Part shown: in pieces, positions 25,701 to 40,700 of the stretch
Layout of the letters: each line of letters opens with the position of its first letter
Numbering within the stretch: the first letter of the stretch is position 1
Origin: Veleropilina oligotropha
Taxonomy: Eukaryota
Assembly (NCBI GenBank): GCA_048128005.1
Contig: JBEUKZ010000068.1
Span: forward strand, 1-64,000
DNA length: 64,000 nucleotides
Reading direction: 5' to 3'
Program-made: the position numbers and the translations under genes
The notes under the pieces: model-generated
Told to the model about the DNA's origin: nothing
The model's input: the letters and a program-made list of their open reading frames with translations, nothing else
Databases searched by the model: none

Positions 25701-28700
25701 ACAACGCCATGAAGTCTCTTGGTATTGTGCATACCAGTCACCAACAACACCATGAAGTCTCTTGATATTGTACATACGAGTCACCAACATGCCATGAAGT
25801 CTCTTGATATTGTACATACGAGTCACCAACAACGCCATGAAGTCTCTTGATATTGTACATACGAGTCACCAACATGCCATGAAGTCTCTTGATATTGTAC
25901 ATACGAGTCACCAACAACGCCATGAAGTCTCTGGATATTGTACATACGAGTGCACCAACAACGCCATGAAGTCTCTTGATATTGTACATACGAGTCACCA
26001 ACAACGCCATGAAGTCTCTTGATATTGTACATACGAGTCACCAACATGCCATGAAGTCTCTTGATATTGTACGAGCGAGTGCACCAACAACGCCATGAAG
26101 TCTCTTGATATTGTACATACGAGTCACCAACATGCCATGAAGTCTCTTGATATTGTACATACGAGTCACCAACAACGCCATGAAGTCTCTTGATATTGTA
26201 CATACGAGTCACCAACAACGCCATGAAGTCTCTTGATATTGTACATACGAGTCACCAACAACGTCATGAAGTCTCTTGATATTGTACATACGAGTCACCA
26301 ACATCTCCATGAAGTCTCTTGATATTGTACATACGAGTCACCAACAACGCCATGAAGTCTCTTGATATTGTACATACGAGTCACCAACAACGCCATGAAG
26401 TCTATTGATATTGTACATACGAGTCACCAACAACGCCATGAAGTCTATTGATATTGTACATACGAGTCACCAACAACGCCATGAACTCTCTTGATATTGT
26501 ATATACGAGTCACCAACAACGCCATGAAGTCTCTTAATATTGTACATACGAGTCACCAACAACGCCATGAAGTCTCTTGATATTGTACATACGAGTCACC
26601 AACAACGCCATGAACTCTCTTGATATTGTACATACGAGTCACCAACAACGCCATGAAGTCTCTTAATATTGTACATACGAGTCACCAACAAAGCCATGAA
26701 GTCTCTTGATATTGTACATACGAGTCACCAACAACGCCATGAAGTCTCTTGGTATTGTGCATACCAGTCACCAACAACACCATGAAGTCTCTTGATATTG
26801 TACATACGAGTCACCAACATGCCATGAAGTCTCTTGATATTGTACATACGAGTCACCAACAACGCCATGAAGTCTCTTGATATTGTACATACGAGTCACC
26901 AACATGCCATGAAGTCTCTTGATATTGTACATACGAGTCACCAACAACGCCATGAAGTCTCTGGATATTGTACATACGAGTGCACCAACAACGCCATGAA
27001 GTCTCTTGATATTGTACATACGAGTCACCAACAACGCCATGAAGTCTCTTGATATTGTACATACGAGTCACCAACATGCCATGAAGTCTCTTGATATTGT
27101 ACGAGCGAGTGCACCAACAACGCCATGAAGTCTCTTGATATTGTACATACGAGTCACCAACATGCCATGAAGTCTCTTGATATTGTACATACGAGTCACC
27201 AACAACGCCATGAAGTCTCTTGATATTGTACATACGAGTCACCAACAACGCCATGAAGTCTCTTGATATTGTACATACGAGTCACCAACAACGTCATGAA
27301 GTCTCTTGATATTGTACATACGAGTCACCAACATCTCCATGAAGTCTCTTGATATTGTACATACGAGTCACCAACAACGCCATGAAGTCTCTTGATATTG
27401 TACATACGAGTCACCAACAACGCCATGAAGTCTCTTGATATTGTACATACGAGTCACCAACAACGCCACGAAGTCTCTTGATATTGTACATACCAGTGCA
27501 CCAACAACGCCATGAAGTCTCTTGATATTGTACATACGAGTCACCAACAACGACATGAAGTCTCTTGATATTGTACATACGAGTCACCAACAACGCCATG
27601 AAGTCTCTTGATATTGTACATACGAGTCACCAACAACGCCACAAAGTCTCTTGGTATTGTACATACGAGTCACCAACAACGCCATGAAGTCTCGATATTG
27701 TACATACGAGTCACCAACATGCCATGAAGTCTCTTGATATTGTACATACGAGTCACCAACAAAGCCATGAAGTCTCTTGATATTGTACATACGAGTCACC
27801 AACATGCCATGAAGTCTCTTGATATTGTACATAGGAGTCACCAACAACGCCATGAAGTCTCTTGATATTGTACATACGAGTCACCAACAACGCCATGAAG
27901 TCTCTTGATATTGTACATACGAGTCACCAACAACGCCATGAAGTCTCTGGATATTGTGCATACGAGTGCACCCACAACGCCATGAAGTCTCTTGATATTG
28001 TACATACGAGTCACCAACATGCCATGAAGTCTCTTGATATTGTACATACGAGTGCACCAACAACGCCATGAAGTCTCTTGATATTGTACATACGAGTCAC
28101 CAACATGCCATGAAGTCTCTTGATATTGTACATACGAGTCACCAACATGCCATGAAGTCTCTTGATATTGTACATACGAGTGCACCAACAACGCCATGAT
28201 TTCTCTTGATATTGTACATACGAGTCACCAACATGCCATGAAGTCTCTTGATATTGTACATACGAGTGCACCAACAACGCCATGAAGTCTCTTGATATTG
28301 TACATACGAGTCACCAACAACGCCATGAAGTCTCTTGATATTGTACATACGAGTCACCAACAACGCCATGAAGTCTCTTGATATTGTACATACGAGTCAC
28401 CAACAACGCCATGAAGTCTCTTGATATTGTACATACGAGTCACCAACAACGTCATGAAGTCTCTTGATATTGTACATACGAGTGCACCAACAACGCCATG
28501 AAGCCTCTTAATATTGTACATACGAGTCACCAACAACGCCATGAACTCTCTTGATATTGTACATATACGAGTGCACCAACAACGCCATGAAGTCTCTTGA
28601 TATTGTACATACGAGTGCACCAACAACGCCATGAAGTCTCTTTATATTGTACATGCGAGTCACCAACAACGTCATGAAGTCTCTTGATATTGTACATACG

Positions 28701-31700
28701 AGTCACCAACAACGCCGTGAAGTCTCTTAATATTGTACATACGAGTGCACCAACAACGCCATGAAGTCTCTTGATATTGTACATACGAGTCACCAACAAC
28801 GCCATGAAGTCTCCTGATGCTGTACATACGAGTCACCAACAACGCCATGAAGTCTCTTGATATTGTACATACGAGTCACCAACAACGCCATGAACTCTCT
28901 TGATATTGTACATATACGAGTGCACCAACAACGCCGTGAAGTCTCTTGATATTGTACATACGAGTGCACCAACAACGCCATGAAGTCTCTTGATATTGTA
29001 CATACGAGTGCACCAACAACGCCATGAAGTCTCTTGATATTGTACATACGAGTCACCAACAACGCCATGAAGTCTCTTGTTATTGTACCTACGAGCGCAC
29101 CAACAACGCCTTTGGATAGATGGATTGGTCATGAAGTCTCTTGATATTGTACATACGAGTGCACCAACAACGCCATGAAGTGTCTTGATATTGTACATAC
29201 GAGTCACCAACAACGCCATGAAGTCTCTGGATATTGTACATACGAGTCACCAACAACGCCATGAAGGCTATTGATATTGTACATATGAGTTCACCAACAA
29301 CGCCTTGAAGTCTCTTGATATTGTACAAACGTGTCACCAACAACGCCATGAAGTCTCTTGATATTGTACCTACGAGTCACCAACAACGCCATGAAGTCTC
29401 TTGCTATTGTACATACGAGTCACCAACAACGTCATGAAGTCTCTTGATATTGTGCATACGAGTCACCAACAACGCCATGGAGTCTCTTGATATTGTACAT
29501 ACGAGTCACCAACAACGCCATGAAGTCTCTTGATATTGTACATACGAGTGCACCAACAACGCCATGAAGTCTCTTGATATTGTACATACGAGCGCACTAA
29601 CAACGCCTTTGGATAGATGGATCGGTCATGAAGTCTCTTGATATTGTACATACGAGTCACCAACAACGCCATGAAGTCTCTTGATATTGTACATACGAGT
29701 CACCAACAACGACATGAAGTCTCTTGATATTGTACATACGAGTCACCAACAACGCCATGAAGTCTATTGATATTGTACATACGAGTCACCAACAACGCCA
29801 CGAAGTCTCTTGATATTGTACATACGAGTCACCAACAACGCCATGAAGTCTCTTGATATTGTACATACGAGTCACCAACAACGCCATGAAGTCTCTTGAT
29901 ATTGTAAATACGAGTCACCAACAACGCCATGAAGTCTCTGGATATTGTACATACGAGTCACCAACAACGCCACGAAGTCTCTTGATATTGTACATACGAG
30001 TGCACCAACAACGCCATGAAGTCTATTGATATTGTACATACGAGTCACCAACAACGCCACGAAGTCTCTTGATATTGTACATACGAGTCACCAACAACGC
30101 CATGAAGTCTCTTGATATTGTACATACGAGTCAACAACATGCCATGAAGTCTCTTGATATTGTACATACGAGTCACCAACAAAGCCATGAAGTCTCTTGA
30201 TATTGTACATACGAGTCACCAACATGCCATGAAGTCTCTTGATATTGTACATAGGAGTCACCAACAACGCCATGAAGTCTCTTGATATTGTACATACGAG
30301 TCACCAACAACGCCATGAAGTCTCTTGATATTGTACATACGAGTCACCAACAACGCCATGAAGTCTCTGGATATTGTGCATACGAGTGCACCAACAACGC
30401 CATGAAGTCTCTTGATATTGTACATACGAGTCACCAACATGCCATGAAGTCTCTTGATATTGTACATACGAGTGCACCAACAACGCCATGAAGTCTCTTG
30501 ATATTGTACATACGAGTCACCAACATGCCATGAAGTCTCTTGATATTGTACATACGAGTCACCAACATGCCATGAAGTCTCTTGATATTGTACATACGCG
30601 TGCACCAACAACGCCATGAAGTCTCTTGATATTGTACATACGAGTCACCAACATGCCATGAAGTCTCTTGATATTGTACATACGAGTGCACCAACAACGC
30701 CATGAAGTCTCTTGATATTGTACATACGAGTCACCAACAACGCCATGAAGTCTCTTGATATTGTACATACGAGTCACCAACAACGCCATGAAGTCTCTTG
30801 ATATTGTACATACGAGTCACCAACAACGCCATGAAGTCTCTTGATATTGTACATACGAGTCACCAACAACGTCATGAAGTCTCTTGATATTGTACATACG
30901 AGTGCACCAACAACGCCATGAAGCCTCTTAATATTGTACATACGAGTCACCAACAACGCCATGAACTCTCTTGATATTGTACATATACGAGTGCACCAAC
31001 AACGCCATGAAGTCTCTTGATATTGTACATACGAGTGCACCAACAACGCCATGAAGTCTCTTTATATTGTACATGCGAGTCACCAACAACGTCATGAAGT
31101 CTCTTGATATTGTACATACGAGTCACCAACAACGCCGTGAAGTCTCTTAATATTGTACATACGAGTGCACCAACAACGCCATGAAGTCTCTTGATATTGT
31201 ACATACGAGTCACCAACAACGCCATGAAGTCTCCTGATGTTGTACATACGAGTCACCAACAACGCCATGAAGTCTCTTGATATTGTACATACGAGTCACC
31301 AACAACACCATGAACTCTCTTGATATTGTACATATACGAGTGCACCAACAACGCCGTGAAGTCTCTTGATATTGTACATACGAGTGCACCAACAACGCCA
31401 TGAAGTCTCTTGATATTGTACATACGAGTGCACCAACAACGCCATGAAGTCTCTTGATATTGTACATACGAGTCACCAACAACGCCATGAAGTCTCTTGT
31501 TGTTGTACCTACGAGCGCACCAACAACGCCTTTGGATAGATGGATTGGTCATGAAGTCTCTTGATATTGTACATACGAGTGCACCAACAACGCCATGAAG
31601 TGTCTTGATATTGTACATACGAGTCACCAACAACGCCATGAAGTCTCTGGATATTGTACATACGAGTCACCAACAACGCCATGAAGGCTATTGATATTGT

Positions 31701-34700
31701 ACATATGAGTTCACCAACAACGCCTTGAAGTCTCTTGATATTGTACAAACGTGTCACCAACAACGCCATGAAGTCTCTTGATATTGTACCTACGAGTCAC
31801 CAACAACGCCATGAAGTCTCTTGCTATTGTACATACGAGTCACCAACAACGTCATGAAGTCTCTTGATATTGTGCATACGAGTCACCAACAACGCCATGG
31901 AGTCTCTTGATATTGTACATACGAGTCACCAACAACGCCATGAAGTCTCTTGATATTGTACATACGAGTGCACCAACAACGCCATGAAGTCTCTTGATAT
32001 TGTACATACGAGCGCACTAACAACGCCTTTGGATAGATGGATCGGTCATGAAGTCTCTTGATATTGTACATACGAGTCACCAACAACGCCATGAAGTCTC
32101 TTGATATTGTACATACGAGTCACCAACAACATCATGAAGTCTCTTGATATTGTACATACGAGTCACCAACAACGCCATGAAGTCTATTGATATTGTACAT
32201 ACGAGTCACCAACAACGCAACGAAGTCTCTTGATATTGTACATACGAGTCACCAACAACGCCATGAAGTCTCTTGATATTGTACATACGAGTCACCAACA
32301 ACGCCATGAAGTCTCTTGATATTGTAAATACGAGTCACCAACAACGCCATGAAGTCTCTGGATATTGTACATACGAGTCACCAACAACGCCACGAAGTCT
32401 CTTGATATTGTACATACGAGTGCACCAACAACGCCATGAAGTCTATTGATATTGTACATACGAGTCACCAACAACGCCACGAAGTCTCTTGATATTGTAC
32501 ATACGAGTCACCAACAACGCCATGAAGTCTCTTGATATTGTACATACGAGTCACCAACAACGCCATGAAGTCTATTGATATTGTACATACGAGTCACCAA
32601 CAACGCCATGAACTCTCTTGATATTGTATATACGAGTCACCAACAACGCCATGAAGTCTCTTAATATTGTACATACGAGTCACCAACAACGCCATGAAGT
32701 CTCTTGATATTGTACATACGAGTCACCAACAACGCCATGAACTCTCTTGATATTGTACATACTTGTCACCAACAACGCCATGAAGTCTCTTAATATTGTA
32801 CATACGAGTCACCAACAAAGCCATGAAGTCTCTTGATATTGTACATACGAGTCACCAACAACGCCATGAAGTCTCTTGGTATTGTGCATACCAGTCACCA
32901 ACAACACCATGAAGTCTCTTGATATTGTACATACGAGTCACCAACATGCCATGAAGTCTCTTGATATTGTACATACGAGTCACCAACAACGCCATGAAGT
33001 CTCTTGATATTGTACATACGAGTCACCAACATGCCATGAAGTCTCTTGATATTGTACATACGAGTCACCAACAACGCCATGAAGTCTCTGGATATTGTAC
33101 ATACGAGTGCACCAACAACGCCATGAAGTCTCTTGATATTGTACATACGAGTCACCAACAACGCCATGAAGTCTCTTGATATTGTACATACGAGTCACCA
33201 ACATGCCATGAAGTCTCTTGATATTGTACGAGCGAGTGCACCAACAACGCCATGAAGTCTCTTGATATTGTACATACGAGTCACCAACATGCCATGAAGT
33301 CTCTTGATATTGTACATACGAGTCACCAACAACGCCATGAAGTCTCTTGATATTGTACATACGAGTCACCAACAACGCCATGAAGTCTCTTGATATTGTA
33401 CATACGAGTCACCAACAACGTCATGAAGTCTCTTGATATTGTACATACGAGTCACCAACATCTCCATGAAGTCTCTTGATATTGTACATACGAGTCACCA
33501 ACAACGCCATGAAGTCTCTTGATATTGTACATACGAGTCACCAACAACGCCATGAAGTCTCTTGATATTGTACATACGAGTCACCAACAACGCCACGAAG
33601 TCTCTTGATATTGTACATACCAGTGCACCAACAACGCCATGAAGTCTCTTGATATTGTACATACGAGTCACCAACAACGACATGAAGTCTCTTGATATTG
33701 TACATACGAGTCACCAACAACGCCATGAAGTCTCTTGATATTGTACATACGAGTCACCAACAACGCCACGAAGTCTCTTGGTATTGTACATACGAGTCAC
33801 CAACAACGCCATGAAGTCTCGATATTGTACATACGAGTCACCAACATGCCATGAAGTCTCTTGATATTGTACATACGAGTCACCAACAAAGCCATGAAGT
33901 CTCTTGATATTGTACATACGAGTCACCAACATGCCATGAAGTCTCTTGATATTGTACATAGGAGTCACCAACAACGCCATGAAGTCTCTTGATATTGTAC
34001 ATACGAGTCACCAACAACGCCATGAAGTCTCTTGATATTGTACATACGAGTCACCAACAACGCCATGAAGTCTCTGGATATTGTGCATACGAGTGCACCC
34101 ACAACGCCATGAAGTCTCTTGATATTGTACATACGAGTCACCAACATGCCATGAAGTCTCTTGATATTGTACATACGAGTCACCAACAACGCCATGAAGT
34201 CTCGATATTGTACATACGAGTCACCAACATGCCATGAAGTCTCTTGATATTGTACATACGAGTCACCAACAAAGCCATGAAGTCTCTTGATATTGTACAT
34301 ACGAGTCACCAACATGCCATGAAGTCTCTTGATATTGTACATAGGAGTCACCAACAACGCCATGAAGTCTCTTGATATTGTACATACGAGTCACCAACAA
34401 CGCCATGAAGTCTCTTGATATTGTACATACGAGTCACCAACAACGCCATGAAGTCTCTGGATATTGTGCATACGAGTGCACCCACAACGCCATGAAGTCT
34501 CTTGATATTGTACATACGAGTCACCAACATGCCATGAAGTCTCTTGATATTGTACATACGAGTGCACCAACAACGCCATGAAGTCTCTTGATATTGTACA
34601 TACGAGTCACCAACATGCCATGAAGTCTCTTGATATTGTACATACGAGTCACCAACATGCCATGAAGTCTCTTGATATTGTACATACGAGTCACCAACAA

Positions 34701-37700
34701 CGCCATGAAGTCTCTTGATATTGTACATACGAGTCACCAACAACGCCACGAAGTCTCTTGATATTGTACATACCAGTGCACCAACAACGCCATGAAGTCT
34801 CTTGATATTGTACATACGAGTCACCAACAACGACATGAAGTCTCTTGATATTGTACATACGAGTCACCAACAACGCCATGAAGTCTCTTGATATTGTACA
34901 TACGAGTCACCAACAACGCCACGAAGTCTCTTGGTATTGTACATACGAGTCACCAACAACGCCATGAAGTCTCGATATTGTACATACGAGTCACCAACAT
35001 GCCATGAAGTCTCTTGATATTGTACATACGAGTCACCAACAAAGCCATGAAGTCTCTTGATATTGTACATACGAGTCACCAACATGCCATGAAGTCTCTT
35101 GATATTGTACATAGGAGTCACCAACAACGCCATGAAGTCTCTTGATATTGTACATACGAGTCACCAACAACGCCATGAAGTCTCTTGATATTGTACATAC
35201 GAGTCACCAACAACGCCATGAAGTCTCTGGATATTGTGCATACGAGTGCACCCACAACGCCATGAAGTCTCTTGATATTGTACATACGAGTCACCAACAT
35301 GCCATGAAGTCTCTTGATATTGTACATACGAGTGCACCAACAACGCCATGAAGTCTCTTGATATTGTACCTTCGAGTCACCAACATGCCATGAAGTCTCT
35401 TGATATTGTACATACGAGTCACCAACATGCCATGAAGTCTCTTGATATTGTACATACGAGTGCACCAACAACGCCATGAAGTCTCTTGATATTGTACATA
35501 CGAGTCACCAACATGCCATGAAGTCTCTTGATATTGTACATACGAGTGCACCAACAACGCCATGAAGTCCCTTGATATTGTACATACGAGTCACCAACAA
35601 CGCCATGAAGTCTCTTGATATTGTACATACGAGTCACCAACAACGCCATGAAGTCTCTTGATATTGTACATACGAGTCACCAACAACGCCATGAAGTCTC
35701 TTGATATTGTACATACGAGTCACCAACAACGTCATGAAGTCTCTTGATATTGTACATACGAGTGCACCAACAACGCCATGAAGCCTCTTAATATTGTACA
35801 TACGAGTCACCAACAACGCCATGAACTCTCTTGATATTGTACATATACGAGTGCACCAACAACGCCATGAAGTCTCTTGATATTGTACATACGAGTGCAC
35901 CAACAACGCCATGAAGTCTCTTTATATTGTACATGCGAGTCACCAACAACGTCATGAAGTCTCTTGATATTGTACATACGAGTCACCAACAACGCCGTGA
36001 AGTCTCTTAATATTGTACATACGAGTGCACCAACAACGCCATGAAGTCTCTTGATATTGTACATACGAGTCACCAACAACGCCATGAAGTCTCCTGATGT
36101 TGTACATACGAGTCACCAACAACGCCATGAAGTCTCTTGATATTGTACATACGAGTCACCAACAACGCCATGAACTCTCTTGATATTGTACATATACGAG
36201 TGCACCAACAACGCCGTGAAGTCTCTTGATATTGTACATACGAGTGCACCAACAACGCCATGAAGTCTCTTGATATTGTACATACGAGTGCACCAACAAC
36301 GCCATGAAGTCTCTTGATATTGTACATACGAGTCACCAACAACGCCATGAAGTCTCGTGTTATTGTACCTACGAGCGCACCAACAACGCCTTTGGATAGA
36401 TGGATTGGTCATGAAGTGTCTTGATATTGTACATACGAGTGCACCAACAACGCCATGAAGTGTCTTGATATTGTACATACGAGTCACCAACAACGCCATG
36501 AAGTCTCTGGATATTGTACATACGAGTCACCAACAACGCCATGAAGGCTATTGATATTGTACATATGAGTTCACCAACAACGCCTTGAAGTCTCTTGATA
36601 TTGTACAAACGTGTCACCAACAACGCCATGAAGTCTCTTGATATTGTACCTACGAGTCACCAACAACGCCATGAAGTCTCTTGCTATTGTACATACGAGT
36701 CACCAACAACGTCATGAAGTCTCTTGATATTGTGCATACGAGTCACCAACAACGCCATGGAGTCTCTTGATATTGTACATACGAGTCACCAACAACGCCA
36801 TGAAGTCTCTTGATATTGTACATACGAGTGCACCAACAACGCCATGAAGTCTCTTGATATTGTACATACGAGCGCACTAACAACGCCTTTGGATAGATGG
36901 ATCGGTCATGAAGTCTCTTGATATTGTACATACGAGTCACCAACAACGCCATGAAGTCTCTTGATATTGTACATACGAGTCACCAACAACGACATGAAGT
37001 CTCTTGATATTGTACATACGAGTCACCAACAACGCCATGAAGTCTATTGATATTGTACATACGAGTCACCAACAACGCCACGAAGTCTCTTGATATTGTA
37101 CATACGAGTCACCAACAACGCCATGAAGTCTCTTGATATTGTACATACGAGTCACCAACAACGCCATGAAGTCTCTTGATATTGTAAATACGAGTCACCA
37201 ACAACGCCATGAAGTCTCTGGATATTGTACATACGAGTCACCAACAACGCCATGAAGTCTCTGGATATTGTGCATACGAGTGCACCCACAACGCCATGAA
37301 GTCTCTTGATATTGTACATACGAGTCACCAACATGCCATGAAGTCTCTTGATATTGTACATACGAGTGCACCAACAACGCCATGAAGTCTCTTGATATTG
37401 TACATACGAGTCACCAACATGCCATGAAGTCTCTTGATATTGTACATACGAGTCACCAACATGCCATGAAGTCTCTTGATATTGTACATACGAGTGCACC
37501 AACAACGCCATGAAGTCTCTTGATATTGTACATACGAGTCACCAACATGCCATGAAGTCTCTTGATATTGTACATACGAGTGCACCAACAACGCCATGAA
37601 GTCTCTTGATATTGTACATACGAGTCACCAACAACGCCATGAAGTCTCTTGATATTGTACATACGAGTCACCAACAACGCCATGAAGTCTCTTGATATTG

Positions 37701-40700
37701 TACATACGAGTCACCAACAACGCCATGAAGTCTCTTGATATTGTACATACGAGTCACCAACAACGTCATGAAGTCTCTTGATATTGTACATACGAGTGCA
37801 CCAACAACGCCATGAAGCCTCTTAATATTGTACATACGAGTCACCAACAACGCCATGAACTCTCTTGATATTGTACATATACGAGTGCACCAACAACGCC
37901 ATGAAGTCTCTTGATATTGTACATACGAGTGCACCAACAACGCCATGAAGTCTCTTTATATTGTACATGCGAGTCACCAACAACGTCATGAAGTCTCTTG
38001 ATATTGTACATACGAGTCACCAACAACGCCGTGAAGTCTCTTAATATTGTACATACGAGTGCACCAACAACGCCATGAAGTCTCTTGATATTGTACATAC
38101 GAGTCACCAACAACGCCATGAAGTCTCCTGATGTTGTACATACGAGTCACCAACAACGCCATGAAGTCTCTTGATATTGTACATACGAGTCACCAACAAC
38201 GCCATGAACTCTCTTGATATTGTACATATACGAGTGCACCAACAACGCCGTGAAGTCTCTTGATATTGTACATACGAGTGCACCAACAACGCCATGAAGT
38301 CTCTTGATATTGTACATACGAGTGCACCAACAACGCCATGAAGTCTCTTGATATTGTACATACGAGTCACCAACAACGCCATGAAGTCTCTTGTTATTGT
38401 ACCTACGAGCGCACCAACAACGCCTTTGGATAGATGGATTGGTCATGAAGTCTCTTGATATTGTACATACGAGTGCACCAACAACGCCATGAAGTGTCTT
38501 GATATTGTACATACGAGTCACCAACAACGCCATGAAGTCTCTGGATATTGTACATACGAGTCACCAACAACGCCATGAAGGCTATTGATATTGTACATAT
38601 GAGTTCACCAACAACGCCTTGAAGTCTCTTGATATTGTACAAACGTGTCACCAACAACGCCATGAAGTCTCTTGATATTGTACCTACGAGTCACCAACAA
38701 CGCCATGAAGTCTCTTGCTATTGTACATACGAGTCACCAACAACGTCATGAAGTCTCTTGATATTGTGCATACGAGTCACCAACAACGCCATGGAGTCTC
38801 TTGATATTGTACATACGAGTCACCAACAACGCCATGAAGTCTCTTGATATTGTACATACGAGTGCACCAACAACGCCATGAAGTCTCTTGATATTGTACA
38901 TACGAGCGCAGTATCAACGCAGAGTACTATCGGTCATGAAGTCTCTTGATATTGTACATACGAGTCACCAACAACGCCATGAAGTCTCTTGATATTGTAC
39001 ATACGAGTCACCAACAACGACATGAAGTCTCTTGATATTGTACATACGAGTCACCAACAACGCCATGAAGTCTATTGATATTGTACATACGAGTCACCAA
39101 CAACGCAACGAAGTCTCTTGATATTGTACATACGAGTCACCAACAACGCCATGAAGTCTCTTGATATTGTACATACGAGTCACCAACAACGCCATGAAGT
39201 CTCTTGATATTGTAAATACGAGTCACCAACAACGCCATGAAGTCTCTGGATATTGTACATACGAGTCACCAACAACGCCACGAAGTCTCTTGATATTGTA
39301 CATACGAGTGCACCAACAACGCCATGAAGTCTATTGATATTGTACATACGAGTCACCAACAACGCCACGAAGTCTCTTGATATTGTACATACGAGTCACC
39401 AACAACGCCATGAAGTCTATTGATATTGTACATACGAGTCACCAACAACGCCATGAAGTCTATTGATATTGTACATACGAGTCACCAACAACGCCATGAA
39501 CTCTCTTGATATTGTATATACGAGTCACCAACAACGCCATGAAGTCTCTTAATATTGTACATACGAGTCACCAACAACGCCATGAAGTCTCTTGATATTG
39601 TACATACGAGTCACCAACAACGCCATGAACTCTCTTGATATTGTACATACGAGTCACCAACAACGCCATGAAGTCTCTTAATATTGTACATACGAGTCAC
39701 CAACAAAGCCATGAAGTCTCTTGATATTGTACATACGAGTCACCAACAACGCCATGAAGTCTCTTGGTATTGTGCATACCAGTCACCAACAACACCATGA
39801 AGTCTCTTGATATTGTACATACGAGTCACCAACATGCCATGAAGTCTCTTGATATTGTACATACGAGTCACCAACAACGCCATGAAGTCTCTTGATATTG
39901 TACATACGAGTCACCAACATGCCATGAAGTCTCTTGATATTGTACATACGAGTCACCAACAACGCCATGAAGTCTCTGGATATTGTACATACGAGTGCAC
40001 CAACAACGCCATGAAGTCTCTTGATATTGTACATACGAGTCACCAACAACGCCATGAAGTCTCTTGATATTGTACATACGAGTCACCAACATGCCATGAA
40101 GTCTCTTGATATTGTACGAGCGAGTGCACCAACAACGCCATGAAGTCTCTTGATATTGTACATACGAGTCACCAACATGCCATGAAGTCTCTTGATATTG
40201 TACATACGAGTCACCAACAACGCCATGAAGTCTCTTGATATTGTACATACGAGTCACCAACAACGCCATGAAGTCTCTTGATATTGTACATACGAGTCAC
40301 CAACAACGTCATGAAGTCTCTTGATATTGTACATACGAGTCACCAACATCTCCATGAAGTCTCTTGATATTGTACATACGAGTCACCAACAACGCCATGA
40401 AGTCTCTTGATATTGTACATACGAGTCACCAACAACGCCATGAAGTCTCTTGATATTGTACATACGAGTCACCAACAACGCCACGAAGTCTCTTGATATT
40501 GTACATACCAGTGCACCAACAACGCCATGAAGTCTCTTGATATTGTACATACGAGTCACCAACAACGACATGAAGTCTCTTGATATTGTACATACGAGTC
40601 ACCAACAACGCCATGAAGTCTCTTGATATTGTACATACGAGTCACCAACAACGCCACGAAGTCTCTTGGTATTGTACATACGAGTCACCAACAACGCCAT

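Noticed and set aside
38911..38928. Unique newly acquired spacer-like sequence
   Set aside because: Matches a library adapter.
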